DNA of 64,000 nucleotides from Octopus sinensis (Eukaryota). The stretch spans positions 15,376,001 through 15,440,000 of the forward strand of contig NC_043006.1 of the NCBI RefSeq assembly GCF_006345805.1, written 5' to 3'. The notes under the pieces are model-generated. The model saw only the letters and a list, made by a program, of their open reading frames with translations. It did no database searches and was not told where the DNA came from. Each line of letters begins with the position of its first letter. The stretch's first letter is position 1. This document shows, piece by piece, positions 48,883-62,241 of this stretch. The position numbers were made by a program, and so were the translations under genes.

Positions 48883-50094
48883 TATAATATAATATGGTTT
48901 TGGAACAAGGCCAATAATTTTAGAGGAAAGGGGTTTGTTGCATACACAGAACCTAGTGTTACAACTGGTACATATTTTATCGAGTCCAAATTGTTGAAAG
49001 GTCCAAAATTTGAACGCAGAGCGTAAAGATCCAGAGCAATATACATTTTAACTAATGCACTAGCAATTTTCCATCTGATATAATATATAACATATGTAAA
49101 TATAATATTGGACTTCCCGGTGTGTTACAGAAAATTTGTAAGAAACACGTTAATATACACACTAAAGAAATTAATATATAAATCATATCAAAGTATTTCT
49201 ATTCAATTTCTTTCCAATCCATTTCCTATTCACAGGATTCTCACTATATTTATTATAATAAATATAATTATTAGAATTATTTAATCTGAAACAAACTTTG
49301 TTCAGGATATGTTAAAATCTAAATCTCTGCTTGCAGCAAACACGTCACGACATCCTAAGTATACTTTCGATCATTAGTTTTCGTTTATCTAATGTAATTA
49401 AATTTCTTCTAATTTTCGAAAAGAGTATTCTTATTATTCGCATTTTACATCAGAAGATTCTTCTTGGTCGTATCCGCACTCAAGATATAGCTGATAAATC
49501 TCTCTTAAATTTTCCCTCACTGTTTCCGGAATGGTTGACTCATAAACGCTTAGGTCATAGATGCTTGGTCTTAGGCCTACTATATCTGATTATTGGTTTA
49601 CTATGTTTGATTAGAGATCTGTTTTGTCTTACAAAAAGATGGACTATGCCTGATAATTGACCTACTAGAAAAGAGAATCAATCAGATTACACTGGTCAGC
49701 AAAAATTAATTTGAAATGGTGTCCAGACATCAAATATCTTTTTTAGCTAATTTCAGGGCGCTGAATCTGAAAATGACCTTACTTTCTCTTAGTTAGCTAA
49801 CCCGTTTTCGCTGTACAGAAATGCCTCATTTTTGAGGAAAAAAACAGCATTTTCTTCATTTGTTTTCTGTATATTTGATATTGATCGATGGCAATATTTC
49901 TCAAAGTAAAACCGTGGAAACCTCTCAATTCGTATTTAAACCAACAAACATTGGTCTACTTATTGAGAAATACTATTTTTGCAATAACAATCGGACCCTA
50001 AGTCTTTAAAATAACATGATTGAATATACCATGACTAACAAGTATTTTCATCAAATCATTAAATAAACTAACTGCAGAAATAAAACCTTTGTGA

Positions 50095-50184
<90 letters not shown>

Positions 50185-50194
50185 CGCGCGTGTG

Positions 50195-50405
50195 TATGTT
50201 TGTGCGTCTGTGCTTGTCCCTCCAGTATCTCTTGACAACCGATGCTGGTGTGTTTACGTCCACGTAACTTAGCGGTTCGGCAAAAGAGACCGATGGGATA
50301 AGTACTAGTTTTACAAAGAATAAGCCCTGGGGTCGATTTGCTCGACTAAAGGCGTTGCTCCAGCATGTCCGCAGTCAAATGACTGAAACAATTAAGAGAA
50401 TGAGA
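50195..50405 (+). mobile_element. 3' half of SINE (TAGGCGCAGG family)
   Basis: TTGACAACCGATGCTGGTGTGTTTACGTC...GACTGAAACAA. Confidence 0.8.
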
Positions 50406-50529
50406 ACTATGGTAAAAAATTTTCTCTTTCTTGAATGTCTGTCATGTTCAATGTTATTTAAGTCCCTTTTGATACTCCAGTAGTAGTCAGCCACCATTCG
50501 TTTGTCCCACCATCCCGAGTAGTGCATTA

Positions 50530-50885
50530 CATCGATCCCAGTGCGTAACTGGTAGATAATTTATCGACCCCGAAAGAATGAAAGGCAAAGTCGACCTTGG
50601 CGGAATTCGAACTCAGAACGTAGCGGCAGACGTAATACCTATTTCTTTACTGCCCACAAGGGGCTAAACACAGAGGGGACAAACAAGGACAGACAAACAG
50701 ATTAAGTCGATTGTATCGACCCCAGTGTGTAACTGGTACTTATTTAATCGACCCCGAAAGGATGAAAGGCAAAGTCGACCTCGGCGGAATTTGAACTCAG
50801 AACGTAACGGCAGACGAAATACGGCTACGCATTTCGGCTACGCATTTCGCCCGGCGTGCTAACGTTTCTGCCTGCTCGCCGCCCT
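50530..50885 (-). mobile_element. Two adjacent SINEs of the GGCGGCGAGCTGG family (one partial, one near full length)
   Basis: ATCGACCCCGAAAG.ATGAAAGGCAAAGTCGACC occurs twice; head CTGCTCGCCGCC at about 50872-50883. Confidence 0.85.
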
Positions 50886-51789
50886 TAGAAACAGTTCTAT
50901 ACTGGTTGCAATGATATCACTGGAGTTTACGCTGATATAAAAAATATTGGATGTAAGAATGTATGAGTTAATACAAAAAATGTCGGATGTAAAAATGCCT
51001 CTGTTTATACAAGAAATATTGAATGTAAGTATTTAACACATGATTGTAACAATATACATTAGAGATTCTTATGACAAAGCTCAGCTCAATGTTGAAACAG
51101 CTAAGAGGTGTTTAGGGGATTTTATGAAACGATGTTTTAAAAGTTTTTTTAACTATTTACACCATTGATTGTAAAGAAATTGCGTAGGTAGTTGAGACGA
51201 GATCTCAGTGGTGGCTCTAATGACACAACTCTGTGATGTTTGTCAAGAAACAACTCAGTGATGGTTGTAAATATGCTAAATGCTGATTGTAATGAAATCC
51301 TACAGGTCTTTCTAATAACAAGCTTCGTCAATAATTTAATGATATAACTCAGTGGGGTTTATTATGATGGAACTCTTGTGATTTCAATGAAACAGAATAC
51401 TGTTATTTGTAATGACTCATAGCTCCCCTGGGTGTGCAATTCACTGGTGTTCCACTCTCGGCTTCATTTTTCTCGTAAACATTTACTTAAGAACGTTCGT
51501 GATGAATACAAAAAGTGTTGTACCTTACAAATATAAAAGGCGACAAAGCTAGCTTTACTATGCCGCCTCCTGTGACAAATGGATACGAAAAGGAATTATA
51601 ACGTGGAAATATTTCATAATTTAATTCGGATCAGTTTACATTTAATATCTTAGTCGGGTGGTTTCAATAGCATAAAACTTCATTAAAAAGCAAGTGAACA
51701 TTTACTGGTTCACCTCAAAGTACTTTTAGTTTTGGTGATCCAGTATGTAAAAACTTGATACAAGGTAATATCTTGATACAAAGTAATTG

Positions 51790-51956
51790 TAGGCGTGGGA
51801 GTGGCTGTGTGGTAAGAAGCTTGCTTACGAACCACATGTTTCCGCGTTCAGTCCCACTGCGTGGCACCTTGAGCAAGTGTCTTCTACCATAGCCTTGTGA
51901 GTGGATCTCACAAGGAAGCCCGTCGTATGTATATGTGTATATATATATATATTTAT

Positions 51957-52024
<68 letters not shown>

Positions 52025-52250
52025 GTGTGTGTGTGTGGTGTGTGTGTGTGTGTGTTGTGTGTGTGTGTGTGTGTGTGTGTAAGTATGTATGTGTATGTTT
52101 GTGTGTATGTGTTTGTTCCCCCAGCATCGCTTGACAACCGATGCTGGTGTGTTTACGTCCCCGTAACTTAGCGGTTCGGCAAAAGAGACCGATAGAATAA
52201 GTACTAGGCTTACAAAGAATAAGTCCTCGACTGAAACAAGTAAAAGAGTA
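51790..52250 (+). mobile_element. SINE (TAGGCGCAGG family) with internal deletions and an expanded microsatellite
   Basis: Head TAGGCGTGGGAGTGGCTGTGTGGTAAG; tail GACTGAAACAAGTAAAAGAGTA. Confidence 0.85.
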
Positions 52251-52441
52251 ATATATTTAACATAGTAGTTTGGATCTAACGATTAAAAAACCTGCACTTA
52301 TTGTAAATTTAATGTTTCAGTGACGTACGTATTCATTCTAAATACGTTCCGGCATATTCGAACGTAACTATGTTAACGTATTAAGAATGAGCCACTGTGT
52401 CTTAAAATCCTTTTGCCTCAATGAATGGAGTGCATTATCAG

Positions 52442-52829
52442 TGAAGTGGAAGCACTCCGTCGGTTACGACGACGAGGGTTCCGGTTGATCCGAATCAACG
52501 GAACAGCCTGCTCGTGAAATTAACGTGTAAGTGGCTGAGCACTCCACAGACACGTGTACCCTTAACGTAGTTCTCGGGGATATTCAGCGTGACACACAGA
52601 GTGACAAGGCCGGCCCTTTGAAATACAGGTACAACAGAAACAGGAAGTAAGAGTGAGAGAAAGTTGTGGTGAAAGAGTACAGCAGGGATCACCACCATCC
52701 CTGCCGGAGACTCGTGGAGCTTTAGGTGTTTTCGCTCAATAAACACTCACAACGCCCAGTCTGGGAATCGAAACCGCGATCTTATGGCCGCGAGTCTGCT
52801 GCCCTAACCACTGGGCCATTGCGCCTCCA
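52442..52829 (-). mobile_element. Full-length tRNA-derived SINE with RTE-like tail, 11-bp TSD
   Basis: TSD TGCATTATCAG at 52431-52441 and 52830-52840; head GGAGGCGCAATGGCCCAGTGG on the minus strand. Confidence 0.92.
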
Positions 52830-52974
52830 TGCATTATCAGAACACATTATCGGAAAGGAGTATCTGTTCTCCGTAAACAAAATGTAACAGCGATTTGCAT
52901 ATTCACTTCCAAAGCTGCCGGAACGTTCTAAAAATATACATGCGCGTCATTGTTTTAATTTTCGCTGCTCCTCG

Positions 52975-53322
52975 TCTGTTGTTGGTAGTCCATCGGTGTC
53001 CGGCGTTGCCCAAGTCTGTGTTCTTAGCGACGAGAGCGCATGTGATACCGCAGTTCAGAGCTGGAAGCACACGGGCTCCCACATGTGTTACAGTGATAGT
53101 TTGTTGTCTGGATTAACGTGGACGCTGCTCTGTGACGTCTGTCTCTTGCAGCAGCGAGACGCTGTCGCATGTTCTCTTCGAATGCAGCTGCGGTTCTTCG
53201 GGTGAGAGGCCTTTACGCTGATCTCTGTGCGACAGAGGCTTCAGGTTCGAGTGGGAAATGCCGCTCTTTTTGAGGTTGGTTTCCAAGGTGTCCTTGTACC
53301 TCAGTTTAAGCCTCTCCGTCTA
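52975..53322 (-). mobile_element. RTE/BovB-like LINE 3' fragment
   Basis: Minus strand LKLRYKDTLETNLKK.GI...AAAFEENMRQRLAAARDRRHRA...YHCNTCGSPCASSSELRYHMRSRR* (C-terminal CCHH finger), followed by an RTE-type tail ...CCGATGGACTACCAACAACAGA. Confidence 0.82.
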
Positions 53323-53434
53323 GGCAACACTTTATTAACGGTTTTGCATTCACCAGCATGCATTAGGAAATAATTTGTTTGCTATTTTCTCTAAAAACAA
53401 AGTGCCATAATCCTTGTTCTGTTTCATTGATACA

Positions 53435-53827
53435 TTTGGATTGGAAGCACTCCGTCGGTTACGACGATGAGGGCTCCGGTTGATCCGAATCAACGGAACA
53501 GCCTGCTCGTGAAATTAACGTGTAAGTGGCTGAGCACTCCACAGACACGTGTACCCTTAACGTAGTTCTCGGGGATATTCAGCGTGACACACAGAGTGAC
53601 AAGGCCGGCCCCTTGAAATACAGGTACAACAGAAACAGGAAGTAAGAGTGAGAGAAAGTTGTGGTGAAAGAGTACAGCAGGGATCACCACCATCCCCTGC
53701 CAGAGCCTCGTGGAGCTTTTAGGTGTTTTCGCTCAATAAACACTCACAACGCCCAGTCTGGGAATCGAAACCGCGATCCTATGACCGCGAGTCCGCTGCC
53801 CTAACCACTGGGCCATTGCGCCTCCAC
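53435..53827 (-). mobile_element. Full-length tRNA-derived SINE with RTE-like tail, 12-bp TSD
   Basis: TSD TTCATTGATACA at 53423-53434 and 53828-53839. Confidence 0.92.
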
Positions 53828-54251
53828 TTCATTGATACAGTTATAGCGTCGACTGAAGACTCATAACCAGGGTGGAACACCGTAGTGTCTGAAAGACTCC
53901 TTTCCCCAATGAGTGTTGTGAACACACATCGTCTGAAAGTTGTACTCTGTAGACAAAGCACACCATCTATTAGCACATTCACAAATGATTCTGCCGGAAC
54001 TTATTAATGAATATGAACGCCATTGTTTTGTCTTTTGCTGTTCTCTGTACACTTTACCAGTTTGTATCGCTGTATTTACTATTGCGTGTAAAACTGTCCT
54101 CTATCCAGTGGAGACACTAAGCAAGTAAACGAAAGCGAATTTACATTTTTTTCCGTGAACATTATCACCCCAGGTGACTTGCTTACAGACTGTGTCATGG
54201 TAAGTCGGGTCTTTTTACCACAGACAGACTGATATCTTGATACAAAGTAAT

Positions 54252-54392
54252 TGTAGGCGTGGGAGTGGCTGTGTGGTAAGTAGCTTGCTTATGAACCACA
54301 TGGTTCCGAGTTCAGTCCCACTGCGTGGCACATTGAGCAAGTGTCTTCTACCATAGCCTTGTGAGTGGATCTCACAAGGAAGCCCGTCGTAT
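54252..54392 (+). mobile_element. 5' half of SINE (TAGGCGCAGG family), duplicate of the 51790 copy
   Basis: Same upstream flank and same internal deletions as 51768-51928. Confidence 0.85.
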
Positions 54393-54399
54393 ATATATG

Positions 54400-54431
<32 letters not shown>

Positions 54432-54710
54432 ATATATATATATATATATTTATTTATATGTGTATAACAGGGTAAGAACCAACGATACTTCGATAGTAGT
54501 TTTGGAGCCTTATCAACTTGATCAACTACAACTTCAACTTCATTGTATTTGAACGAAGTAGTTTCTTGTTTGAATATATGCATATTATTTGACATTAATT
54601 AATGTAGATAATTTCTCTTTTTTCCTAATTATTATATTTTTTATTCACTTTGTAACTTCTCCATTACACAATATTTCATCTCTCTTTCTCTTGCACAGGG
54701 GCGCTCGCAC

Positions 54711-54748
<38 letters not shown>

Positions 54749-56620
54749 GAACACACACCCTCATACACATACATATATATATACACACGTAAGCGGCGTT
54801 TGGAACTGATGACGTCAGCAAATACTAATTCAGACGCGTGCCTGCTCTCATTTACTGTGAACTCAATCGTGGCCATCATATCCCTATAATTTAGCATTCT
54901 ATCTCAAATACTTACCAATTCCAGGAAATATCACGACGTTTCAGCATAATTTATATGCTGATAATGCTCTGTAACACCAGGTTGCACTTATACATGGGGC
55001 TTACTTTTCCACGATTTCCAATAAATTTGCTCCTGGGCTAAAGATTTAATGAGTAAAACCACATGCTACACACAACAGTTGTACATAACATTAAGCTATA
55101 TCGAAGTGTGTTTACATGACTTGTATTAAAAAAGCAAAAAAGATATATATGCATATTTAATGTAAGTGTATATGTGTTGCCAATACCATAAGAAAGCACA
55201 TGCATAAGTATGTAAGAAAGATACGGTGTTGCATGCATTTTAGTTTTTAAGCCTAACGTAATCTAGTTTTATAGAGTTAACTTTATATTATTGTTATATT
55301 TATCTACTGAAGGTACCTCAGGCTCGGATCAATGTTTGCTCGAGCTTAGTGTGTAATAAATGGGAATAAGAAGAAATATTGTGAAATGGTTTCTGGATTA
55401 TAAGATAAAGATTGAAAACTAGTTGTTAATAGAGTACGAAAGTAAAATTTCCCGGGGCTACAGGAATGTTAATATGAACAATATAAAAACGTAGCGAATG
55501 TTATCGAATGGAAGTAGAAAATGTCCTCAAGAATTATGTAGGAAGATAGCATATTTTATCTGTACTAATAGTATTTCTGAGAAGAAATATGCAATAAGAA
55601 GCTACTGACTCTATTAGGTTGAGTTATATTTATATATATACATATACACACAAAAAATATATACACACAAAACATGCAGTACATATGAAAAGCTGATTAA
55701 AAAAAAAAAAACAGAACAAAAAGTTATTAGAATTTCAATTTGTATTAGAACTTCAATATGTTTGGTCTTATTGTTTCAAACATGTATTTTTGAAAATCAG
55801 CAAAAAATTGGTGACAATTAAAATACTGAGGTACTAGCTAAACTAAATGTATGTGTTCATCTACATCTGTATATTCCTTCTAAATATATTTTAATAAAAA
55901 TTTTTACCATTTATTGAGCGATGTACAGGTAGATGTTTCTTCTTACATATACATGCTGTCGGTCGTAGCTTCCTCAGTTTTAATTGACTACGATATTCAT
56001 GATTCTAAGTGAGCACATATGACTTCAAAGTGAGGATACTGCTTCTAAAGTAAGCTCAATTTACTTAAGTAAAACTGGTCTTGAAAGACTCTTTATGTTC
56101 ACGCACATAAAGCGTTGTTTGAACACTTCGCAACGTAGCGATAATTCACGTTTATTGTATGAAAGAAGTTTGCATTGAAGATATTCATAATTGTTGTTTG
56201 GAACACTTTCTGATGTATTCACCATGCTTATCGTGCATAAAATATGCATTACCAACAAAACTTTCTGTACATCACATTCATTTTGAAGTAAGAAAAATCC
56301 TGCAAGTGTTACAAAAGTCACTTGACAAGATGAAAAATAGTGCTGGGTATCATTGCCAAACCTTTCCCGTCAAAATACTGGAAGGTGTTACAACCATATA
56401 ATAAACATTTTGCTTTGCTGTTTGGATGATCATCACGTCATTTGGTGTTTCAAATGATGTTATGTTTATGATATTTGAATTTTATTTTTTCTTACAAATT
56501 ATTATTATTTATTTATTTATTTATTTATTATTATCTATTTTTTTACTTCTCTCATTCTGAAATGAGTACTCAGACTTTGAAATGCCGAAGGCACGAACCA
56601 AACATTTATTTCAAGGTAAA

Positions 56621-56849
56621 ACCTATTTCTTTATTACCCACAAGGGGGTAAACATAGAGGGGACAAACAAGGACAGACATAGGTATTAAGTCGATTACAT
56701 CGACCCCAGTGGTACTTAATTTATCTACCCCGAAAGGATGAAAGGCAAAGTCGACCTCGGCGGAATTTGAACTCACAATGTAACGGCAGACGAAATACGG
56801 CTATGCATTTCGCCCGGCGTGCTAACGTTTCTGCCAGCTCGCCGCCTTG
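56621..56849 (-). mobile_element. tRNA-derived SINE (GGCGGCGAGCTGG family) with 11-bp TSD
   Basis: TSD TTCAAGGTAAA at 56610-56620 and 56850-56860. Confidence 0.9.
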
Positions 56850-58675
56850 TTCAAGGTAAATGCTACTCGCTAACTATTAAATATACAATAGCAGTAGTTT
56901 TGATGAAAAAAAATTCAGTTTAATTAATGGCGCACAATAAACTTCATAGTTTAGTAAAGATAATATTCTAATTTGGATTTCCCTATATCTATGTACCCTT
57001 GTGATTTTGTAAGAAACATTGAGTGTTCTTTAACAAGGGAAAACTTCTATTTTTCTGTTTAAAGAACTAATTGTATTCACAATAATGACTTAATTTTGAG
57101 AGGTGTGGAAAAGAGGAAGTTTTATTTAAATATGTATGCGCACGAGTTTATGTTTATTGGTGTCTATTTAGCGAATAGTTTGCACATTCAAAAGTTTTTA
57201 GTTTGTATATTCAAGATTTTGTCTGGCTTTCTCAAGTAGCAATGTCTGAAACGGATATATTACATTATATTTAACATTTGACTCAACCTAGGCGCAAGGT
57301 CGTCAAAATATTCGCCTCGAACTAAAAATACTAACTGAAATCAAAGCAGATTAGAAGACTCATCTACATTTCTCGTCATTAATTATTTTGTGTACCAAAC
57401 ATGACTGTTCGGTTAAGAAGAAGATGTTTACGTAAGAAATACATAGGTGTAGGTTCGATTGCATTGTAAGGTACATTGGCTTAAGTGTTTTGTACAATAT
57501 GCTCGAGTTGACCAATACCAATTTTACTGAATTTGGTAGTGTAAAATATTGCAGAAGCTATCTCACTCACACACTCACATGCACTCACACACACACATTA
57601 AATAAAAAACTTGACCAGGACGAAACGATGTGAATAAAATACAAAGTGAACTACAAAAGTGAAACCAAAACAACAGTTGAAGTTTTACTCAGTGTTTCCA
57701 TAGGAGTCGGAAGCTGACAGAAGCAAGGCCGGTGAGAGTGTCTACATGTGTGTGAACCAGATGTATGAGTGCTGCTTGGATGTAGGTGTGTTATTTGTTG
57801 TGTGAGTATGTGTGTGTGCGTGAGAATACGCGTATGTCAGTGCCTGCTGTATACGCGTGCTTGTGCGAATGTGTTCAGAATGCATGTATGAATGTGTGTG
57901 CGCATGTAGATTCTTGCATTTGTGTATAATCATATGAGTGCGTGCGAGTTTGTCTGGAAGAAGATACATGTGCGCGTGTGTTTTCGTTTGGTGTATGTTT
58001 ACGTCGGATGTGTGCTGGTCTAGTTGAAAAAGCGTTGGTAGACGGAGGACATTAGGCGTTGGAATGCGGTTTGATGGTGTGGTGGGAAGGAAAGAAAGGC
58101 GAAGTATACGTACATAGATGTATGTATGCATGTGTGTATGCCATGTTTATATGTGTGTGTGTATAACGCGTGTGTACATAGAAGTGTATGTATGTATGAG
58201 TGTGTTTGCGTGCAAGCACCAAGATTATGGTTAGAAACTCTGTTCTTGGTTGTGAGGCAACCAGTTTTGGGGAGCAGCCACTGTTAAGGCGGTATATGTA
58301 AGCTGTCGGCAGTCAGTATCTTGAAGCTCGCCAGGAGGGCGTACCCTTGATAGTAGTATAAGATTTGCCAAGAAAATGCGATGTGAGATATGAAAATAAT
58401 AGATATTATATTATACCAACGTATAAACTTCTATGCCTAGTTAAACAGGAAAACATTTCACCGTATCACTTGTATTTCGATATATGTTAGATGAACTCAT
58501 ATGAATCTAAATTATTCAAAAATTCTTTCTGAAGTATTCGAACATGTCAGTTGCAGATGATTCATTGCCGTTGTGATTTTATAAGCGAAATATAATCTCC
58601 GAGAATTTATCATGCATAAGAAAAGTGTGATGATTAGCTGCACCTTAGGTTCTGGAAACAAAAGCATATATATAA

Positions 58676-59057
58676 GGTGGCGAGCTGGCAAAAACGTTAG
58701 CACGCCGGGCGAAATGCTTAGCGGTATTTCGTCTGCCGCTACGTTCTGAATTCAAATTCCGCCGAGGTCAACTTTGCCTTTCATCCTTTCGGGGTCGATT
58801 AAATAAGTACCAGTTACGCACCGGGGTCGATATAATCGACTTAATCCGTTTGTCTGTCCTTGTTTGTCCTCTCTGTATTTAGCCCCTTGTGGGTAGTAAA
58901 GAAATAAGTATTTCGTCTGCCGCTACGTTCTGAGTTCAAATTCCGCCGAGGTCGACGTTGCCTTTCATCCTTTCGGGGTCGATTAAATAAGTACCAGTTA
59001 CGCACCGGGGTCGATGTAATCAATTTAGTCCCTTTGTCTGTCATTGTTTGTTCCCTC

Positions 59058-59060
<3 letters not shown>
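58676..59060 (+). mobile_element. Tandem pair of SINEs (GGCGGCGAGCTGG family; the second is 5'-truncated)
   Basis: TATTTCGTCTGCCGCTACGTTCTGA.TTCAAATTCCGCCGAGG occurs at about 58726 and about 58909. Confidence 0.88.
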
Positions 59061-59088
<28 letters not shown>

Positions 59089-59104
59089 AAGAGAAGAAGA
59101 AGAA

Positions 59105-60340
59105 AAGAATGTGGGATTGATATGACAGTAGCAGAATGTTGATGGAATCCACTTAAGTGGTCAACTGACCTAAAAGTGATTCGTTGTGGATGATAGTAAT
59201 GATTGAAATCGTTCTGAATAAATTCTGGAGGTGAGTGTTTTGAATATATCATTTTTAATATTTGCGTGGGTGTTATTCTAAAGCCCTGGTGAAAGTGTCA
59301 TTTGTTGCGGGTTCATTCAAAAGGGGTTGTTGTATTGTGATAAAGAATGACTCTTTATTAATAGGCTGACTACAGGTTCTATCGTCTCTGAATTGATAAA
59401 GATGAAATATTCTGAAGCTTAGTTGTTTGTTATTGAAGTAAATGTCGATGTGTTCGCTGAATGTTAGTTTTCTGTTTTTCGGAATTTTGATCTGGGATCT
59501 GTGCAGAGCCATCCTTTGACGTAGACTGTTTTTTGTTTAGCCTATGTATTGCTCTCGACACACAGAGCAGGTTAATACGTACATCAGATTTTCCGAAGCA
59601 CATATGAAGTTGCTCTTCACTGTGAAACATTGACTCTGTTTGAAAGAGAACTCTGATCCCTCAATTAGATTGACGCATGAGCCACAGTTAGGTCTTCCAC
59701 ATTTATTTACTGACGGCTTCAGTGTTGTTGTTGAGCGTATTCAGGGTTGTATTAGGAGACTTTTCATAGATGTGGGCTGTCTATTGCTTTTTATGATGGT
59801 GTGGGTTTGGAGAATTAAATTCAGTCTGTGATCCCTTTTTAGAAGGGGAATGTTTTAGAAGATGGTGTTGAAGGCATCATTGTTAAGAGGGTTGTGTGTG
59901 GAGATGTATGGCAGATTTTGGTTGTAAATCCTTCTTTAATTTGGGATGTCTGAGTTCGTGGATGTTGAGTTGTAGGGCACGTTGTAAGTATATGTCAATT
60001 AATGATGGTGGGTTGTTCCTGGTGATGAGTGTATTATTTAGTTCATGTAGTCGTGTGTCCCTGGTGCTTGTATTAGAAACTATAGTACAAATCCTTTTTG
60101 TTGGGTTGAAAGGGATATTCATTCTACTGTGTCCGGGGTGGCATGGGTTGAACGGTAGATATTGCTTGGAGTCTGTGGGCTTATAGTATATATCTATTTC
60201 TATTTCGTTGTTAGATTTCTTAATGAGGATGTCGAGCAAAGGAAGTTGTTGATGGCTATATTCCATCGTGAATTGAATGTTTACGTCAAGTCCATTTCTT
60301 GCATAATGAATGTCCACTTACAGGTCACCTCTTTTATATG
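59105..60340 (-). mobile_element. Penelope-like element (Neptune-like) fragment: RT thumb and GIY-YIG endonuclease, decayed
   Basis: ORF 59883-60317 contains IQFTMEYSHQQLPLLDILIKKSNNEIEIDIYYKPTDSKQYLPFNPCHP; downstream frames give FICASENLMYVLTCSVCREQYIG and MALHRSQI. Confidence 0.9.
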
Positions 60341-60390
60341 TAAGTACATATATATATAATATATATTATATATATATATACATACATTCT

Positions 60391-60503
<113 letters not shown>

Positions 60504-61260
60504 GGCAAGGTATAAATAATGGTCATTACATATTTTTCCTATTGCAGTCAGGAGATTTGGCTTACAGCTGTTTCCCGTAGTCAATATAGGTTTACTGATC
60601 GGTTTGCTCAATCGGTCCATTGATCGCTTTAGAAAAATTGAACGACCTAAAAAAATAGATGCTACTTTCGTCAGAGTCAGAAGAGCTTAGTAAAGGTCGA
60701 GCAACTATAAATTAAAGAGAATATATTTAGAAACTATTATCCATCAATGTTTCTTTGCTTGACAACGTCAAGGAGTCATAGAAAATGAATTTCTCAGTTG
60801 ATGCCACTTGCATTAAAAGTTGTAATCAATATATATTTAGAAAGAAAATTAACGTCGATCTTGGAACACAAAGTATAAAGGAATCTGAAATCATATATAG
60901 AATATGACCTATATAAGGTATACATTGGGTTGCAAGGCAACACGCAGGAATATAAAAATAACAAGCTGTTAACATTACGGATCTACCTGTTCTAGTCAGG
61001 TGTAAGTAAAGATGAACTGAGACGAGGGGGTGTACAGGTGGAAGCTCTGGAAAAAACAAAAGAACACAAAAATGATTGAATCAATAGAAACAGACTATTT
61101 TGAAAATTTACAAATGCATAACTACTTACCTACCTACCTACCTACCTACCTTCATATTTATCTACCTAAATGTATATATAACCGCATATATGCTCGTGTG
61201 TGGGTGTTGTGTGTGTGTGTGTGTGTGCGTGTGTACATACATATATATCTATATCTATAC

Positions 61261-61659
61261 ACTCTTTTACTCTTTTACTTGTTTCAGTCATTTGACTGTG
61301 GCCATGCTGGAGCACCACCTTTAGTCGATCAAATCGACCCCAGGACTTATTCTTTGTGAGCCTAGTACTTATTCTATCGATCTCTTTTTGGCGAACCGCT
61401 AAGTTACGGGGACGTAAACACACCAGCATCGGTTGCCAAGCGATGCTGGGGGGACAAACACACACACACACACACAAGTACATATACATATATATGACGG
61501 GCTTCTTTAAGTTTCCGTCTACCAAATCTACTTACAAGGCTTTGGTCGGTTCGAGGCTATAGTAGAAGACACTTGGCCAAGGTTCCAGGCAGTGGGATTG
61601 AACCCGGAACCATGTGATTGGTAAGCAAGCTACTTACCACCCAGCGACTCCTGCGCCTA
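61261..61659 (-). mobile_element. Full-length SINE (TAGGCGCAGG family)
   Basis: Tail ACTCTTTTACTCTTTTAC; head CTCCTGCGCCTA. Confidence 0.9.
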
Positions 61660-61694
61660 TCTATCTATCTATCTATCTATGTACATATATTATA

Positions 61695-61733
<39 letters not shown>

Positions 61734-61736
<3 letters not shown>

Positions 61737-61944
61737 TCTTTTACTCTTTTACTTGTTTCAGTCATTTGACTGCGGCCATGCTGGAGCACCGCCTTTAGTC
61801 GAGCAAATCGACCCCGGGACTTATTCTTTGTAAGCCCAGTACTTATTCTACCGGTCTCTTTTGGCGAACCGCTAAGTGACGGGGACGTAAACAGACCAGC
61901 ATCGGTTGTCAAGCAATGCTAGGGGGACAAACACACACACACAA

Positions 61945-61977
<33 letters not shown>

Positions 61978-62143
61978 CATATATACGACAGGCTTCTTTC
62001 AGTTTCCGTCTACCAAATCCACTCACAAGGCATTGGTCGGCCCGGGGCTATAGCAGAAGACACTTGCACAAGATGCCACGCGGTGGGACTGAACCCAGAA
62101 CCATGTGGTTGGTTAGCAAGCTACTTACCACACAGCCACTCCT

Positions 62144-62147
<4 letters not shown>
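61734..62147 (-). mobile_element. Full-length SINE (TAGGCGCAGG family)
   Basis: Same architecture as 61261-61659. Confidence 0.9.
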
Positions 62148-62178
<31 letters not shown>

Positions 62179-62183
62179 CTATA

Positions 62184-62241
<58 letters not shown>

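Noticed and set aside
49400-49960. Minus-strand acidic peptide (DIVGLRPSIYDLSVYESTIPETVRENLREIYQLYLECG...) next to a GCTGAATCTGAAAATGAC motif, possibly a DNA-transposon end
   Set aside because: No paired TIR or TSD and no catalytic motif could be found, so the family cannot be assigned.
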